Shown: positions 47,767 to 57,523 of the stretch, in pieces
How the letters are laid out: every line of letters begins with the position of its first letter
How positions within the stretch are numbered: the stretch's first letter is position 1
DNA from: Minisyncoccia bacterium
GTDB lineage: Bacteria; Patescibacteriota; Minisyncoccia; Phycocordibacterales; UBA9973
Assembly (NCBI GenBank): GCA_049287305.1
Contig: JBAQFO010000014.1
Coordinates: 64,453-128,452 of the forward strand
Direction of reading: 5' to 3'
Length of the DNA stretch: 64,000 nucleotides
Notes under the pieces: model-generated
The model's database searches: none
The model's input: the letters and a program-made list of their open reading frames with translations, nothing else
What the model was told of the DNA's origin: nothing
Position numbers and translations under genes: made by a program

Positions 47767-47910
47767 TGAAAAATAAATCAAACAGCCAACAGGGAGGGTT
47801 CCTTCAAATAATTATCGGTATTATAATAGTGCTCATTATCATGAAGCTTTTAGGGATAACGCTTTCAGGGTTTTTTGGCTGGTTCTCGTCTTTTTTTAGT
47901 GACGTTTTAA
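47767..47910 (+). CDS. Unannotated 47-aa hydrophobic peptide (MKNKSNSQQGGFLQIIIGIIIVLIIMKLLGITLSGFFGWFSSFFSDVLR)
   Basis: Translated by hand from the intergenic region; single TM helix; below the ORF-track size cut-off. Confidence 0.25.
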
Positions 47911-47923
47911 GATAAACAACACA

Positions 47924-48250
47924 ATGAAAAATTTAAAAGCAACTAGAGGGATAAGCATACTCGGGTTACTGTTTTTGGGTTTTATTATAATCTTGGTGCT
48001 TAGCTACTTCAGAGTAAGTGTTAAAGACGTCGTGGAGAGCCCTACAGGCCAAGAGAACATAAACTACATAAAAGGGGAGACAGAGAGCTTTTGGGACGCC
48101 TATTTAGCCGAACCTGCCTCTTATCTATGGAACGATGTTTGGATAAATATTTTTTGGAAAGGTTTTATAAACAATATGGAGCGTATTCGCGATGGCAAAC
48201 CTACTGACTATGACGAAGCCTCTACCAACCTTATGGTTACGCCGCAATAA
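47924..48250 (+). CDS. Small membrane-anchored hypothetical protein
   Basis: 108 aa with N-terminal TM helix. Confidence 0.4.
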   Translation: MKNLKATRGISILGLLFLGFIIILVLSYFRVSVKDVVESPTGQENINYIKGETESFWDAYLAEPASYLWNDVWINIFWKGFINNMERIRDGKPTDYDEASTNLMVTPQ

Positions 48251-48375
48251 ACTCGAGGGGGCTCTATAAGGCCTTAGTCAATATAAGTAATACCCCAAAC
48301 ATATATTGTGCGACACGGCCATATAATAAAGATATCAATAAATAAGCCCTGCCCTATCTAATCATCTGTGATAGA

Positions 48376-48753
48376 TTACCTGCTTGTGTCAAAATAAGAA
48401 TTACGTCCGCCAGAAGAATTATTTCTTGATGCTCTCCTGCTGTGTCTTGAGCTATCGTAATATACGTTGCTTCCGGAATTGTCAGAGTTATTGAACCTAG
48501 GCTGGGTCCTTCTAGGCCTATTAGTGCCATATTGGGCGTTGTTGCCGTAGTCTGAGCTAGTGTTATATGTCCTTTCAACCCCCCTTGAGCCATATACGTC
48601 GTTTTGCCCGTAATGTTCATTGCTTCCTCTTATACCCCGGCGAGAAGCCGCATTGGCATGCGTAGCGTCAAAAGCCAGAAAAGTAAAAACAAAAACAAAA
48701 ACAAAAAGTAGAACTGAAAAATTTTTCATGAAAGTAATTCTAAAAGTTAACAA
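48376..48753 (-). CDS. Secreted low-complexity (Ser/Asn/Arg/Tyr-rich) small protein
   Basis: Signal peptide MKNFSVLLFVFVFVFTFLAFDATHA followed by a compositionally biased region. Confidence 0.4.
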   Translation of the reverse strand: MLTFRITFMKNFSVLLFVFVFVFTFLAFDATHANAASRRGIRGSNEHYGQNDVYGSRGVERTYNTSSDYGNNAQYGTNRPRRTQPRFNNSDNSGSNVYYDSSRHSRRASRNNSSGGRNSYFDTSR

Positions 48754-48827
48754 TAATTTAACAGTTTACTTCTTTAAGCGCCGGCAAGCAATATTTACGT
48801 TTTTGAGCTTGTGTGTTCTAATACACA

Positions 48828-49160
48828 CTATGGATACATCTCCCCTTTTATCTTTTGAAGCGCAGTTATGACTTTTTCGTCGGTAATTTTTTGAAATCTT
48901 GGAAAAGTTTTATTTTCTTTTGTAGTATTTTCCATAAACATTTCAAGCGGTCGGGCGTCCAAGAATTTCCCGGCTCTATAGGCTCCGCTTTCGTAAATAG
49001 GCAGATATATGGCAAGGTTGGCGTCTTCTGGCCTACAATCCGCCTCTGTGTGCATAGCTACACCGATGAGTTCGTAGGCGTAATTGTTTACCGTGCCCGC
49101 GGGGTTGTGCTTGTAGTGGTAGTAGAATCCTTTTCCTGGAATTTTTGCTGGTATTTTCAT
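48828..49160 (-). CDS. DUF1653-like small protein
   Basis: YYHYKHNP...YAYELIGVAMHTE...LAIYLPIYE...RPLEMF resembles the DUF1653 family pattern, recalled from memory without a database check. Confidence 0.4.
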   Translation of the reverse strand: MKIPAKIPGKGFYYHYKHNPAGTVNNYAYELIGVAMHTEADCRPEDANLAIYLPIYESGAYRAGKFLDARPLEMFMENTTKENKTFPRFQKITDEKVITALQKIKGEMYP

Positions 49161-49163
49161 AAA

Positions 49164-49982
49164 TTAATTCTGATCTTCTTTAATTAATTCAAAAATAAAA
49201 TCTACAGGAACTACAACGGCATAGCCTGAGTTCTCCCAAGATATATTTTTATATTTATATTGATAATGAAGGCTGGTAGTTTCAGTTATTTCAAGAAAAG
49301 GAACCATTTGAGTGACTAGTCCAATAAGCCTTATCTCAAAGCCTGAATCTGTATTTTCTTTTTCAAATACTGGTCCGCCACTATTCCCTTGGTACACAGG
49401 AGAGTCAATTATTATTGTTTTTTTGAGTTTATTTTTTCCTGCCACAATTCCCTTTCTTAATAAAGGTCTGAGCACATCAATTTCACCATTACTTTTTAAA
49501 GAAGATGGATATCCGAGTAAAAAAATATCATTAGCTATCATTACTTCTTTAAATTGCTTTGTGCCTACTACGCATACCATAGATCCATTTTCTATCTTCA
49601 TTTGTATTGCAGTAGAAGAAAAGTCCATATGTCCCTCTTTGCTTTGAGGGGCTTTTTCGTCTTTTCCTATTTTAATAATTACAACATCAGCACTTTTGTG
49701 AACCAAGATAAGGTGTTCCTTTTCTAAATTAAGTAAATTCAACTCCATTTCATTTGCTAGGTCTGTATTTTTCCCGTAGTAAGTTAAGGAAATTATAGAA
49801 TAATTCAGCAACCCTTTTTCGTTATACAAAACATGTTTTGCTGTTGCAAAATAAAAACTTTTGTCGGATAGAAAAAACACACCACTCCCCATTAAGTGAG
49901 TAATGTCTTCCCCTTTATCGTTTTTTATAAGAGTTCTAACTAGAACTGGGTATTTTAAATTATCGTCTGGAATTTGTCTCAT
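49164..49982 (-). CDS. Trypsin-like (S1/chymotrypsin-fold) serine peptidase, no signal peptide
   Basis: FATAKHV (His), DVVIIKI (Asp), GNSGGPVF (Ser) catalytic triad context. Confidence 0.6.
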   Translation of the reverse strand: MRQIPDDNLKYPVLVRTLIKNDKGEDITHLMGSGVFFLSDKSFYFATAKHVLYNEKGLLNYSIISLTYYGKNTDLANEMELNLLNLEKEHLILVHKSADVVIIKIGKDEKAPQSKEGHMDFSSTAIQMKIENGSMVCVVGTKQFKEVMIANDIFLLGYPSSLKSNGEIDVLRPLLRKGIVAGKNKLKKTIIIDSPVYQGNSGGPVFEKENTDSGFEIRLIGLVTQMVPFLEITETTSLHYQYKYKNISWENSGYAVVVPVDFIFELIKEDQN

Positions 49983-49988
49983 TTTATT

Positions 49989-50384
49989 TTAATTGCATGA
50001 TGTTGATAATGTATATCCTGCCTTTTCGGCTTCTTCCGCTGTGGCGAAATAAATTCTGTTTTCTTGCTTAATGGTCTTACCTCCGGAACAGCCCAAGGAG
50101 TAATATTTGCTTCCCCTGTTGGAGGCGAAAAAATTTTTGCCTGAACTATTCAAGGTTGAGAACGGCTCCGGGTCGGCGTATTGGATGGCTTGAATCGCAT
50201 TTCCGGTCTGGTTCACTGCTTCCGCTCCTTCTGGGTTTAAGTATTCAATCTGAATTCCTGAAGACGAGCTTCCTTTGGACAATCTTCCCAATTCAAAAGA
50301 ACCCATACCCACGAGGATAACAATCATAACGACCAGGATATCCTTACCCTTGTCGCTGTCCAGGAATTGCTTGATTTTTCCCAT
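49989..50384 (-). CDS. Membrane-anchored hypothetical protein with a C-terminal Ada-metal-binding-like segment
   Basis: TM helix ILVVMIVILVGMG; C-terminal ...RIYFATAEEAEKAGYTLSTSC weakly resembles the Ada zinc-binding-like fold. Confidence 0.35.
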   Translation of the reverse strand: MGKIKQFLDSDKGKDILVVMIVILVGMGSFELGRLSKGSSSSGIQIEYLNPEGAEAVNQTGNAIQAIQYADPEPFSTLNSSGKNFFASNRGSKYYSLGCSGGKTIKQENRIYFATAEEAEKAGYTLSTSCN

Positions 50385-50433
50385 ATAATCGTTTATACTC
50401 TCTTTACCTATTAAATAATATCATAAAAACAAT

Positions 50434-50706
50434 ATGGCACATAGAAAAGCTGGCGGAACCGCCAAAAACTTAAGAGACTCACAGCCAAAATACCTCGGTA
50501 TTAAGCTTGCTGACGGTCAAAAGGCTCAAGCAGGCTCTATTATCGTCCGACAGCGTGGAACGGCCATTTTAGCCGGAACAAACGTGTCCACAGGCAAGGA
50601 CCACACACTTTTTGCTCTCAAGCCCGGAACAGTCAAGTTCGGCTCTAAGCGAAAAACTTCTTTCCATGGCAAGACCGCTGTAAAGAAAACCGTAAACGTA
50701 ATATAA
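50434..50706 (+). CDS. rpmA: 50S ribosomal protein L27
   Basis: [24 protein letters not shown]...[10 protein letters not shown]...[15 protein letters not shown]. Confidence 0.9.
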   Translation: MAHRKAGGTAKNLRDSQPKYLGIKLADGQKAQAGSIIVRQRGTAILAGTNVSTGKDHTLFALKPGTVKFGSKRKTSFHGKTAVKKTVNVI

Positions 50707-50710
50707 AAAA

Positions 50711-50735
50711 AGTCCCCTTGTGGGGACTTTTTTTA
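50711..50735. terminator. Bidirectional rho-independent terminator AGTCCCC-ttgt-GGGGACT plus T7
   Basis: Seen directly after rpmA, abutting the minus-strand gene end. Confidence 0.55.
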
Positions 50736-51248
50736 TTCCTCTTGGAGGACAAAAAGAAATCTTTCTACTTCCCTGTCGTTTTTTAGCACGATAACATTTT
50801 TTGTATTTTTATGCCGTTCCAATCTTGCCAGCATTTTTTTCTTTGGGTAAAAAAGTATTTTCTTAACCAAGTGCCAGGATATTTTATGGAAATTTCCCGG
50901 AGCTTTGTCCGAAGGCTGGGTCCTGTTAAATATCCGCAGGAAAGCTCTATATAAACACAGGGCTTTGTTAAAGTTCAAGAAAATTATTGTATTCGAAGCC
51001 TCTATTCTTCTTTCCAGCGAACTCGGATATGTGCCGTCCATTATCCATTTGTCTTTTGAAATTATATTTTTAATAACTTCAGACCATTCGTCTTTGGATA
51101 CGGCTTCCCACTTCTGTTTAAAATAATGCTTATCTAAATGAATAACCTCCAATTTTAAAATTTTACCCAATTTTTTGGCAAGAGTTGATTTACCAGAGCC
51201 ATTTAGGCCTATAATCAATATTTTATTATTGGTGCTATTGTTTTTCAA
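50733..51248 (-). CDS. P-loop NTPase, topology-modulation-protein (FlaR)/adenylate-kinase-like
   Basis: ILIIGLNGSGKSTLAKKLGKILKLEVIHLDKHYFKQKW pattern. Confidence 0.55.
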   Translation of the reverse strand: MKNNSTNNKILIIGLNGSGKSTLAKKLGKILKLEVIHLDKHYFKQKWEAVSKDEWSEVIKNIISKDKWIMDGTYPSSLERRIEASNTIIFLNFNKALCLYRAFLRIFNRTQPSDKAPGNFHKISWHLVKKILFYPKKKMLARLERHKNTKNVIVLKNDREVERFLFVLQEE

Positions 51249-51678
51249 TTATCAGTTTAAACCAGGATTTTTTGCCTTTTATTTCAATCGGGATGGTAAA
51301 TTCTCCCACTTCTTTTATTGGTTTTTCCAGAACTATAAATTCCGCGCTAATGTCGGCGTGGTGCTGTTTCTTCATTTCGTCTACAAGCTCTTTGCTGTGG
51401 ATTCCTTTAAACAGATGACCCTTCTCGTCGGTTTTCGCGCCAATTGTAAGCACCTTTCCTTTCATTTCTTCCAGGTTTTTATCCAGCAAGTCTTCCTGAA
51501 TTCTGTTCTCTATTTCCAAGTTCTTTTTTCTTTTTTCAAGTTCAGCTACGGCTTGAGGCGTAGCGGCTTCGGCTAGTTTCCGAGGCATAAGAAAATTCAT
51601 AGCATATCCGTCATTTACTTCTTTTATGTCGTGTCTCTTCCCTACCCTTGGAACATCTTGTAAAAAAATTACTTTCAT
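51235..51678 (-). CDS. rplI: 50S ribosomal protein L9
   Basis: MKVIFLQDVPRVGKRHDIKEVNDGYAMNFLMPRKLA. Confidence 0.85.
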   Translation of the reverse strand: MKVIFLQDVPRVGKRHDIKEVNDGYAMNFLMPRKLAEAATPQAVAELEKRKKNLEIENRIQEDLLDKNLEEMKGKVLTIGAKTDEKGHLFKGIHSKELVDEMKKQHHADISAEFIVLEKPIKEVGEFTIPIEIKGKKSWFKLIIEKQ

Positions 51679-51685
51679 TTTTTGG

Positions 51686-52900
51686 TTATTTCAATAATAA
51701 TAGTTCAACTGCTTTATCCATCTGCGGGTCAAGTGATGCTTCCAAGTCTTTAGCGGTTATTTCCACCGGGTAATCAGGCGTAAGTCCTTTTTCTGAAATG
51801 GAGTTGCCGTTTGGTGTGAGCCACTTGGCTACCGTTACTTTCAACAGGGTGTCAGGGGTAATTTTTACGACTTCCTGAACCGAACCTTTTCCGAAGCTCT
51901 GGGCGCCCACCAGTTTTGCTCTTCCGTAATCCTGCATCGCGCCTGCCAATATTTCAGACGCAGAAGCCGAACCGCCATCTATGAGAATTACAAATTTTAG
52001 TTTGTCGTTGAAAACATCATACCCCTTACTTCTGAATACTTCCGGAGGCTGGTTGTTCCCATAATCTTCAGTGACGACGACTTTCCCGCCTTTCAAGAAC
52101 CAGCTGGACATGTCAACTGCCGCGTTTAAATATCCCCCCGGATTTCCTCTCAAGTCTAAAATTAATTTATCGGTTTTAGATTCGGCAAATTTCTTTATTG
52201 CGTTTCTAAAAAGTCCGGTGGAATTCGCGGAGAAACTATATAATTTGATTACAAAAATTCCATCCTTGCGTAGCTCCGTATCAAGGGTAGGGATGTTGAT
52301 AGTATCCCTGACTATTTTTACTTCTATCGGGAGCTTAGAATCTTCACGTGTGACAGTAAGGGTTACCGAGGTCCCCTTTTCTCCCCGAATCAACTTGATG
52401 GCTTCTTCTATGGATAGTCCGGCAGTTACCACATCGTCAATCTTAATGATTTTATCCCCTGCTTTTATATCGGCCCTGTAGGCGGGGGTGTCTTTGAGGG
52501 GGGCTATCACCGTAAGCACTTTGTTTTTTAATCCTACTTCCATTCCAATTCCGGTGAAATTTCCGGAAATTTCCTCTTCAAATTCTTTTGCCTCTTCGGG
52601 CGAAAAGAATACGGTGTATGGGTCATTTAATGAGTCTACTAATCCCGAAATGGCGCCGTAAATTCGTTCTTGGTCGGTAGTCTTTGAAGCGCTTGGGTAT
52701 TTTTCGTTTATTTTATTCCAAACTTCCCAGAAAATAGAAAAATCCGCTTCGGTGGTAATTGCGGTTTCTTTTCCTGCCACTCCTGTTATTTTTTCTATGG
52801 CTGGGCGATTATTCGCGCCGACATGAATTCCGAAAAGAAAAAATGAAATTATAAACAGGAAGATTATTCCGTAGTGTTTTATTTTTGAATATTTTTCCAT
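51686..52900 (-). CDS. ctpA: Carboxy-terminal processing protease (S41, with PDZ)
   Basis: PDZ region plus ILDLRGNPGGYL and DGGSASASEILAGAMQD catalytic motifs; N-terminal signal anchor. Confidence 0.8.
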   Translation of the reverse strand: MEKYSKIKHYGIIFLFIISFFLFGIHVGANNRPAIEKITGVAGKETAITTEADFSIFWEVWNKINEKYPSASKTTDQERIYGAISGLVDSLNDPYTVFFSPEEAKEFEEEISGNFTGIGMEVGLKNKVLTVIAPLKDTPAYRADIKAGDKIIKIDDVVTAGLSIEEAIKLIRGEKGTSVTLTVTREDSKLPIEVKIVRDTINIPTLDTELRKDGIFVIKLYSFSANSTGLFRNAIKKFAESKTDKLILDLRGNPGGYLNAAVDMSSWFLKGGKVVVTEDYGNNQPPEVFRSKGYDVFNDKLKFVILIDGGSASASEILAGAMQDYGRAKLVGAQSFGKGSVQEVVKITPDTLLKVTVAKWLTPNGNSISEKGLTPDYPVEITAKDLEASLDPQMDKAVELLLLK

Positions 52901-52908
52901 AAAAATGT

Positions 52909-53151
52909 TTAGTTAAGAGATGTGCCCGGAGAACTTTCTGTTTTGTCGAAGTTGTCGTTCTCCCTAAAATTATCAAATGTTTTTTGGTTACCCTCCTTTT
53001 CTCTGATTTCCTTATACAAAACATAGCTGAGGCAGATGAGAGCGATTCCGGTAATCGTGAACAAAATATCTTTCCATGAGTAAGGGAAACCCAGATAAGG
53101 TAAAATCGCCACCCAAACACCCAAAATTAAAAATATTCTTGCTTTTTGCAT
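52909..53151 (-). CDS. Small membrane protein (80 aa)
   Basis: Two hydrophobic helices. Confidence 0.3.
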   Translation of the reverse strand: MQKARIFLILGVWVAILPYLGFPYSWKDILFTITGIALICLSYVLYKEIREKEGNQKTFDNFRENDNFDKTESSPGTSLN

Positions 53152-53204
53152 AGGCGTATTATATCAACAAAAGAGGAGCATGCGCAACCTTGACTTGCTC
53201 CATA

Positions 53205-54902
53205 TTAGTTGAAATATTCGGGAGTGTTAGTAGACATCCAATCCAGAAGCTCTCTCATTATTGAGGAAGCTCCCACGCTATTAGTGGATGGCCCCGCTTC
53301 CATCATTACAGTAAAAGCATATTTTGGATTTTCATACGGGAAGAACCCTACCACCCATGAGTTTACCTTATTTTTAGCTATTCCGAGCTGGGCAGTTCCT
53401 GTCTTGGCGGCAACATCCACATAAGGCACATTTAAAGATACTGCCGTTCCATACGTCACAGCTTGCCTCATTCCGTCATGGATAAAATCATATTGTTCTC
53501 TGGTAAAACCTTCCAGCTTAACTGGATTTTCTTTCTCGGGAGAACTTAATATAAAATGCGGAGTAAATAATGTCCCATTGTTGGCGATAGCACCAGTTCC
53601 TCTCACGATTTCCATTGGCGTAACCTGGAACCCGTATTGACCGATGGCCGTGTGGTAAGTGTTTCCTATGCGCCAGGGGTCGTTTTTAAAGTTCTTTGCT
53701 TTCCACTCGGGGCTAGGAATTACTCCCTGTTTTTCATCCGGCAGGTCTACTCCAGTCTTGGTGTCAAAACCAAAAAGCTTGGAATATTTTTCAATATTAG
53801 CTATTCCCAATCCTTTTTGAGATTCGTATCCGCCTCCCACGGCGTAAAAATAAATGTCAGACGATACGGCAATCGCCTCCATCATATTTGTCCATCCGTT
53901 TACCCGCCAGTCCTTGAAAACGGTTTCTTGTCCAGGGAAATACGGGTTAGGTATGGAGATAGAGCCAGTAGAAAGAATTTCTTTGTGCGGGTCAATAATG
54001 CCTTCCGCTAAGGCTCCCAGCGCGAAAAAAGGCTTTACTATGGAGCCTGGAGTGTAAAGACCCGAGATGTTTCTGTCTAGAAATACTTTCCGCTCGTCTT
54101 TAAAATAATTGCTGATTATCGCCCTGTCTTTACCAATGGATAGGATTTCCGAATCGTATTCGGGATAGCTTGTGGATACCAAAATTTCTCCGTTAGTGGA
54201 ATCCATGATTACTCCCGCTCCTCCCGTGAAAGATCTGTTTTCCGAGGCTTTTTTGATGAGGTTAAATAACTCTTGTTGTATTCGCGAATCCACTGTCGTA
54301 ATCAAATCGGCTCCCTGCTTAGGAGAGTTTACGATATTTTCCGAATATACTTGCCCTCGGGCATCGGTTTCAATGATTTTTGCCCCGTTCTCCCCTTTTA
54401 AAATATCATGATATTGTTTTTCCAGTCCGTCTTTCCCAATAAATTCTCCTTGCCAGTATTTACCCGATTTGTCTTGGGTGGGATAGCTGACATACCCTAA
54501 AATATGAGAAAACCCGGGAGAAAGATATGTCCTTGTAGGAACCGACGTTTCTTCCGTTTCTCTTTTGTTCCAAGCCAACTCTTTTTTATTGCGGTCGTAT
54601 ATGATTCCCCTTCCGGTGAACAATATGACTTTTTCAAGAACGTTGTTTTGGCTTCTGTTGAAATAAGCCTCCCCTTTTTGCACTTGCAGGTAAAAAAGCC
54701 GTGAACCGAAAACTCCCGTAAAAAATAAAAATAAAAATCCGAGCAGGATAATTGTTTTTTTCGGGATTGGTTTTTCTATGCGCCCCTCAAACTGCTGGCG
54801 GTCAAAGTTTTGCAGGTTGGAAGAATCAATAAAAATTTCGTCGGGCTCCACGAATGAATTCTTGCTTCTTATATTATTTTTTTTAAATATTCTTCTTATC
54901 AT
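53205..54902 (-). CDS. mrdA: Penicillin-binding protein 2-type transpeptidase
   Basis: N-terminal TM anchor, SxxK as PGSIVKPF, SSD (SxN variant), KTGTAQ. Confidence 0.8.
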   Translation of the reverse strand: MIRRIFKKNNIRSKNSFVEPDEIFIDSSNLQNFDRQQFEGRIEKPIPKKTIILLGFLFLFFTGVFGSRLFYLQVQKGEAYFNRSQNNVLEKVILFTGRGIIYDRNKKELAWNKRETEETSVPTRTYLSPGFSHILGYVSYPTQDKSGKYWQGEFIGKDGLEKQYHDILKGENGAKIIETDARGQVYSENIVNSPKQGADLITTVDSRIQQELFNLIKKASENRSFTGGAGVIMDSTNGEILVSTSYPEYDSEILSIGKDRAIISNYFKDERKVFLDRNISGLYTPGSIVKPFFALGALAEGIIDPHKEILSTGSISIPNPYFPGQETVFKDWRVNGWTNMMEAIAVSSDIYFYAVGGGYESQKGLGIANIEKYSKLFGFDTKTGVDLPDEKQGVIPSPEWKAKNFKNDPWRIGNTYHTAIGQYGFQVTPMEIVRGTGAIANNGTLFTPHFILSSPEKENPVKLEGFTREQYDFIHDGMRQAVTYGTAVSLNVPYVDVAAKTGTAQLGIAKNKVNSWVVGFFPYENPKYAFTVMMEAGPSTNSVGASSIMRELLDWMSTNTPEYFN

Positions 54903-55165
54903 TTATAAAACTTCAGTTTCTTTTTTAAAAGCTCAACCAATACCAACGCCGCAAGAAATGTAAAAAAAGATATAAAAACTATTCCGTTGAATTTCATTTC
55001 ACTTACTCCGTAAAGCACATCCGAAACGAGGAACAATGCTGTTGCTTCCCAAAATATCGGGAAATACACCATTCCCGCAAATGCTAGTATAACAGATACC
55101 CATAAAGGCATAAAAAGTATGGAAAATAACAGAATTACGGAAAGCGAAATGCGAAGTATTATCAT
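54899..55165 (-). CDS. Small polytopic membrane protein immediately upstream of the PBP2 gene (possibly MreD-like)
   Basis: 88 aa, three hydrophobic helices, 4-nt overlap with the PBP2 start. Position is analogous to mreD in mreCD-mrdA operons. Confidence 0.3.
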   Translation of the reverse strand: MIILRISLSVILLFSILFMPLWVSVILAFAGMVYFPIFWEATALFLVSDVLYGVSEMKFNGIVFISFFTFLAALVLVELLKKKLKFYK

Positions 55166-55176
55166 TACTTCTTATA

Positions 55177-56559
55177 TTACTTTGAAGCGAGTTTTCCCGC
55201 AAGACCGACATAATTCAGCGGAGTAAAGGAAAGCAGTTCCTTTTTAATTTTTTCACTAACTTCCAACTTTGTTATAAATTCGTGAATATCCGAAAGCTCT
55301 ATTTTTTTACCTCGGGTTAAAGCCTTCAGTTTTTCATAAGGCATTTCCACTCCTTCCCGTCTTAGAATAGTCTGGATTGCTTCCGCCACAACTTCAGGGT
55401 GTTTTGCCAAGTCTTCTTTAATTTTTATTTCATTCACACTTATTTTCTCCAGTCCTTTCAGTAGATATTCGTAAGCAATCAAAGAGTGGGCAAAAGCTGT
55501 TCCAAAATTTCTTTGCACCGTGGAATCCGAAAGGTCTCGCTGAAGTCGGGAAATTGGCAGTTTGCGTCCAAAGAATTCAAACAAAGAGTTTGCAATTCCA
55601 AGGTTGCCCTCGCTGTTTTCAAACTTTATCGGGTTTACTTTGTGAGGCATGGTGGAAGAGCCTACGGCGCCCTCTGTGGGCTTTTGAACAACCCATTCAT
55701 CGCTTATGTATCGCCACATGTCCTGGTTTAACCCCATTAGGATTGTGTTGATTTTCCTCAAATTATCAAAGAGATCTATATAAGAATCATGGGGTTCAAT
55801 TTGAGTAGTATGCATATTGGCTTCCAGCTTTACGCCAAATTTTTTGTTCAAGCCGGAAATGAAATCTTTGCTGAATTTTATCCAATTTATATTCGGATAT
55901 GCCGCTACATGAGCGTTAAAGTTTCCGGTTGCTCCGTTTAATTTTGCGGATATTCCAACATTCTCAAGAATATTGGAATATCGTTTTAGACGTTCGGCAA
56001 ATACTTTCATCTCTTTGCCGAAAGTGGTAGGGCTTGCGCTCTGGCCATGGGTGCGGGCCAACATCGGAGTATTTTTGTGTTTTGCGGCCAGGGTATTCAG
56101 TTCTAAAATTATTTTATTTATTTTAGGTAAAACAACATCTTCCAAAGACTGAGAGAGCATTAAAGCATAAGATAAGTTGTTGGTATCTTCACTGGTTAAT
56201 CCGAAATGGATCCATTCCAAGGTATCCTTAAGTGACGTGCTTCCCAGTTTTTCTTTCATAAAATATTCCACTGCCTTCACGTCGTGGTCAGTCGCTTTTA
56301 TATTTTTATATCCCTTGGTTTCTATGTCGCTGATTATTTTTGCGTCGGTGTCTGACAGGGCATAAAGAGACCGGACAATTTTCTTTTCATTTTCGGATAA
56401 TTTTCGTAATTTTAGCTTCAGTTCGGATAAAGCGATAAAGTATTCCCCTTCTACTATAATCCTGTAACGCATTAACCCCTGCTCACTCATAAATGGTGAG
56501 AGAGCCGAAGCAGATTTTTCGTAGCGTCCATCTATGGGAGAAATTGAATTTAATGACAT
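55177..56559 (-). CDS. purB: Adenylosuccinate lyase
   Basis: SPIDGRYEK..., TSEDTNN, fumarate-lyase signature GSSTMPHKVNP. Confidence 0.85.
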   Translation of the reverse strand: MSLNSISPIDGRYEKSASALSPFMSEQGLMRYRIIVEGEYFIALSELKLKLRKLSENEKKIVRSLYALSDTDAKIISDIETKGYKNIKATDHDVKAVEYFMKEKLGSTSLKDTLEWIHFGLTSEDTNNLSYALMLSQSLEDVVLPKINKIILELNTLAAKHKNTPMLARTHGQSASPTTFGKEMKVFAERLKRYSNILENVGISAKLNGATGNFNAHVAAYPNINWIKFSKDFISGLNKKFGVKLEANMHTTQIEPHDSYIDLFDNLRKINTILMGLNQDMWRYISDEWVVQKPTEGAVGSSTMPHKVNPIKFENSEGNLGIANSLFEFFGRKLPISRLQRDLSDSTVQRNFGTAFAHSLIAYEYLLKGLEKISVNEIKIKEDLAKHPEVVAEAIQTILRREGVEMPYEKLKALTRGKKIELSDIHEFITKLEVSEKIKKELLSFTPLNYVGLAGKLASK

Positions 56560-57518
56560 TATATCTTAGTTAAATTATTGGTAATTCTCTCCACCATGGT
56601 GCGCGAAAAGTCGTGATTAAAACTTTTGCCTGTAATTATTTCGTAAATTTCAATATATCGGCGGGAGAGTTCAGCCACGAGTTCTGGCGGAGCCTGCGGA
56701 AGCACTTCGTCTTTATATGGGTCGCAATTTTCTTTAAACCACAAGCGTAAAAATTCCTTATCAAAAAATTCCGGGTCTAATCCTTGGCTGAAGCGCTCTT
56801 CGTATGTATTTGCTTTCCAGTAGCGGGAAGAGTCTGGGGTGTGGATTTCATCTATAAGCATCAGTTTGCCGTTTTCATCCAAACCGAATTCGTATTTGGT
56901 GTCCACGAGAATAAGCCCCTTACTTAAAGCTATTTCTTGTCCGCGAGTAAATATTTTTATCGCCTTATCCGCCATTTCGTTCCACAGCTTCTCGGGCACC
57001 ATCCCCTCTTCCACGATTTCTTTGGGAGTTATCGGCCTGTCGTGTTTTTCGGATTTAGTTGTCGGCGTTAGAACAGACTTGTCTAATTTTTGGTTTTTTT
57101 TCATTCCGTCAGGCAAAATGAAATTTCCAAAGTCTCTTTGTCCGTTTTTGTATATTGTCCACAGGGAAGTATTGGTGGAGCCCGTTATGTATCCTCGGAC
57201 AACCATTTCTATTGGAATGACCTTACATTTTTTGGCGACGACGATGTTGGGGTCGGGGGTGCTTATTACGTGGTTTGGAACTATGTCCTTAGTGTTTTCA
57301 AACCAAAAAAGACTGATTTGATTTAATACTTCTCCCTTGAAAGGGATGGATGCGATATTTCGGTCAAAAGAAGAGTGCCTATCGGTAGAGATTAGAGTAA
57401 TGTGGTCAGTGGCTGTGTAAATGTCTCTAACCTTTCCCACCTTCTTTTCTCCCAATGCCGGAAAATTTGTTTCAACTAAAACGTCATCTATGTGTTCTTT
57501 TATTTTTTCTATATCCAT
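56559..57518 (-). CDS. purC: SAICAR synthetase
   Basis: KVGKVRDIY...LISTDRHSSFD. Confidence 0.85.
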   Translation of the reverse strand: MDIEKIKEHIDDVLVETNFPALGEKKVGKVRDIYTATDHITLISTDRHSSFDRNIASIPFKGEVLNQISLFWFENTKDIVPNHVISTPDPNIVVAKKCKVIPIEMVVRGYITGSTNTSLWTIYKNGQRDFGNFILPDGMKKNQKLDKSVLTPTTKSEKHDRPITPKEIVEEGMVPEKLWNEMADKAIKIFTRGQEIALSKGLILVDTKYEFGLDENGKLMLIDEIHTPDSSRYWKANTYEERFSQGLDPEFFDKEFLRLWFKENCDPYKDEVLPQAPPELVAELSRRYIEIYEIITGKSFNHDFSRTMVERITNNLTKI

Positions 57519-57523
57519 AAAAT

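Noticed and set aside
49164-49982. Calling the trypsin-like protease a defense-system effector
   Set aside because: There is only fold-level evidence, and the adjacent small proteins could not be matched to a known module. Kept as a low-interest observation, not a feature call.
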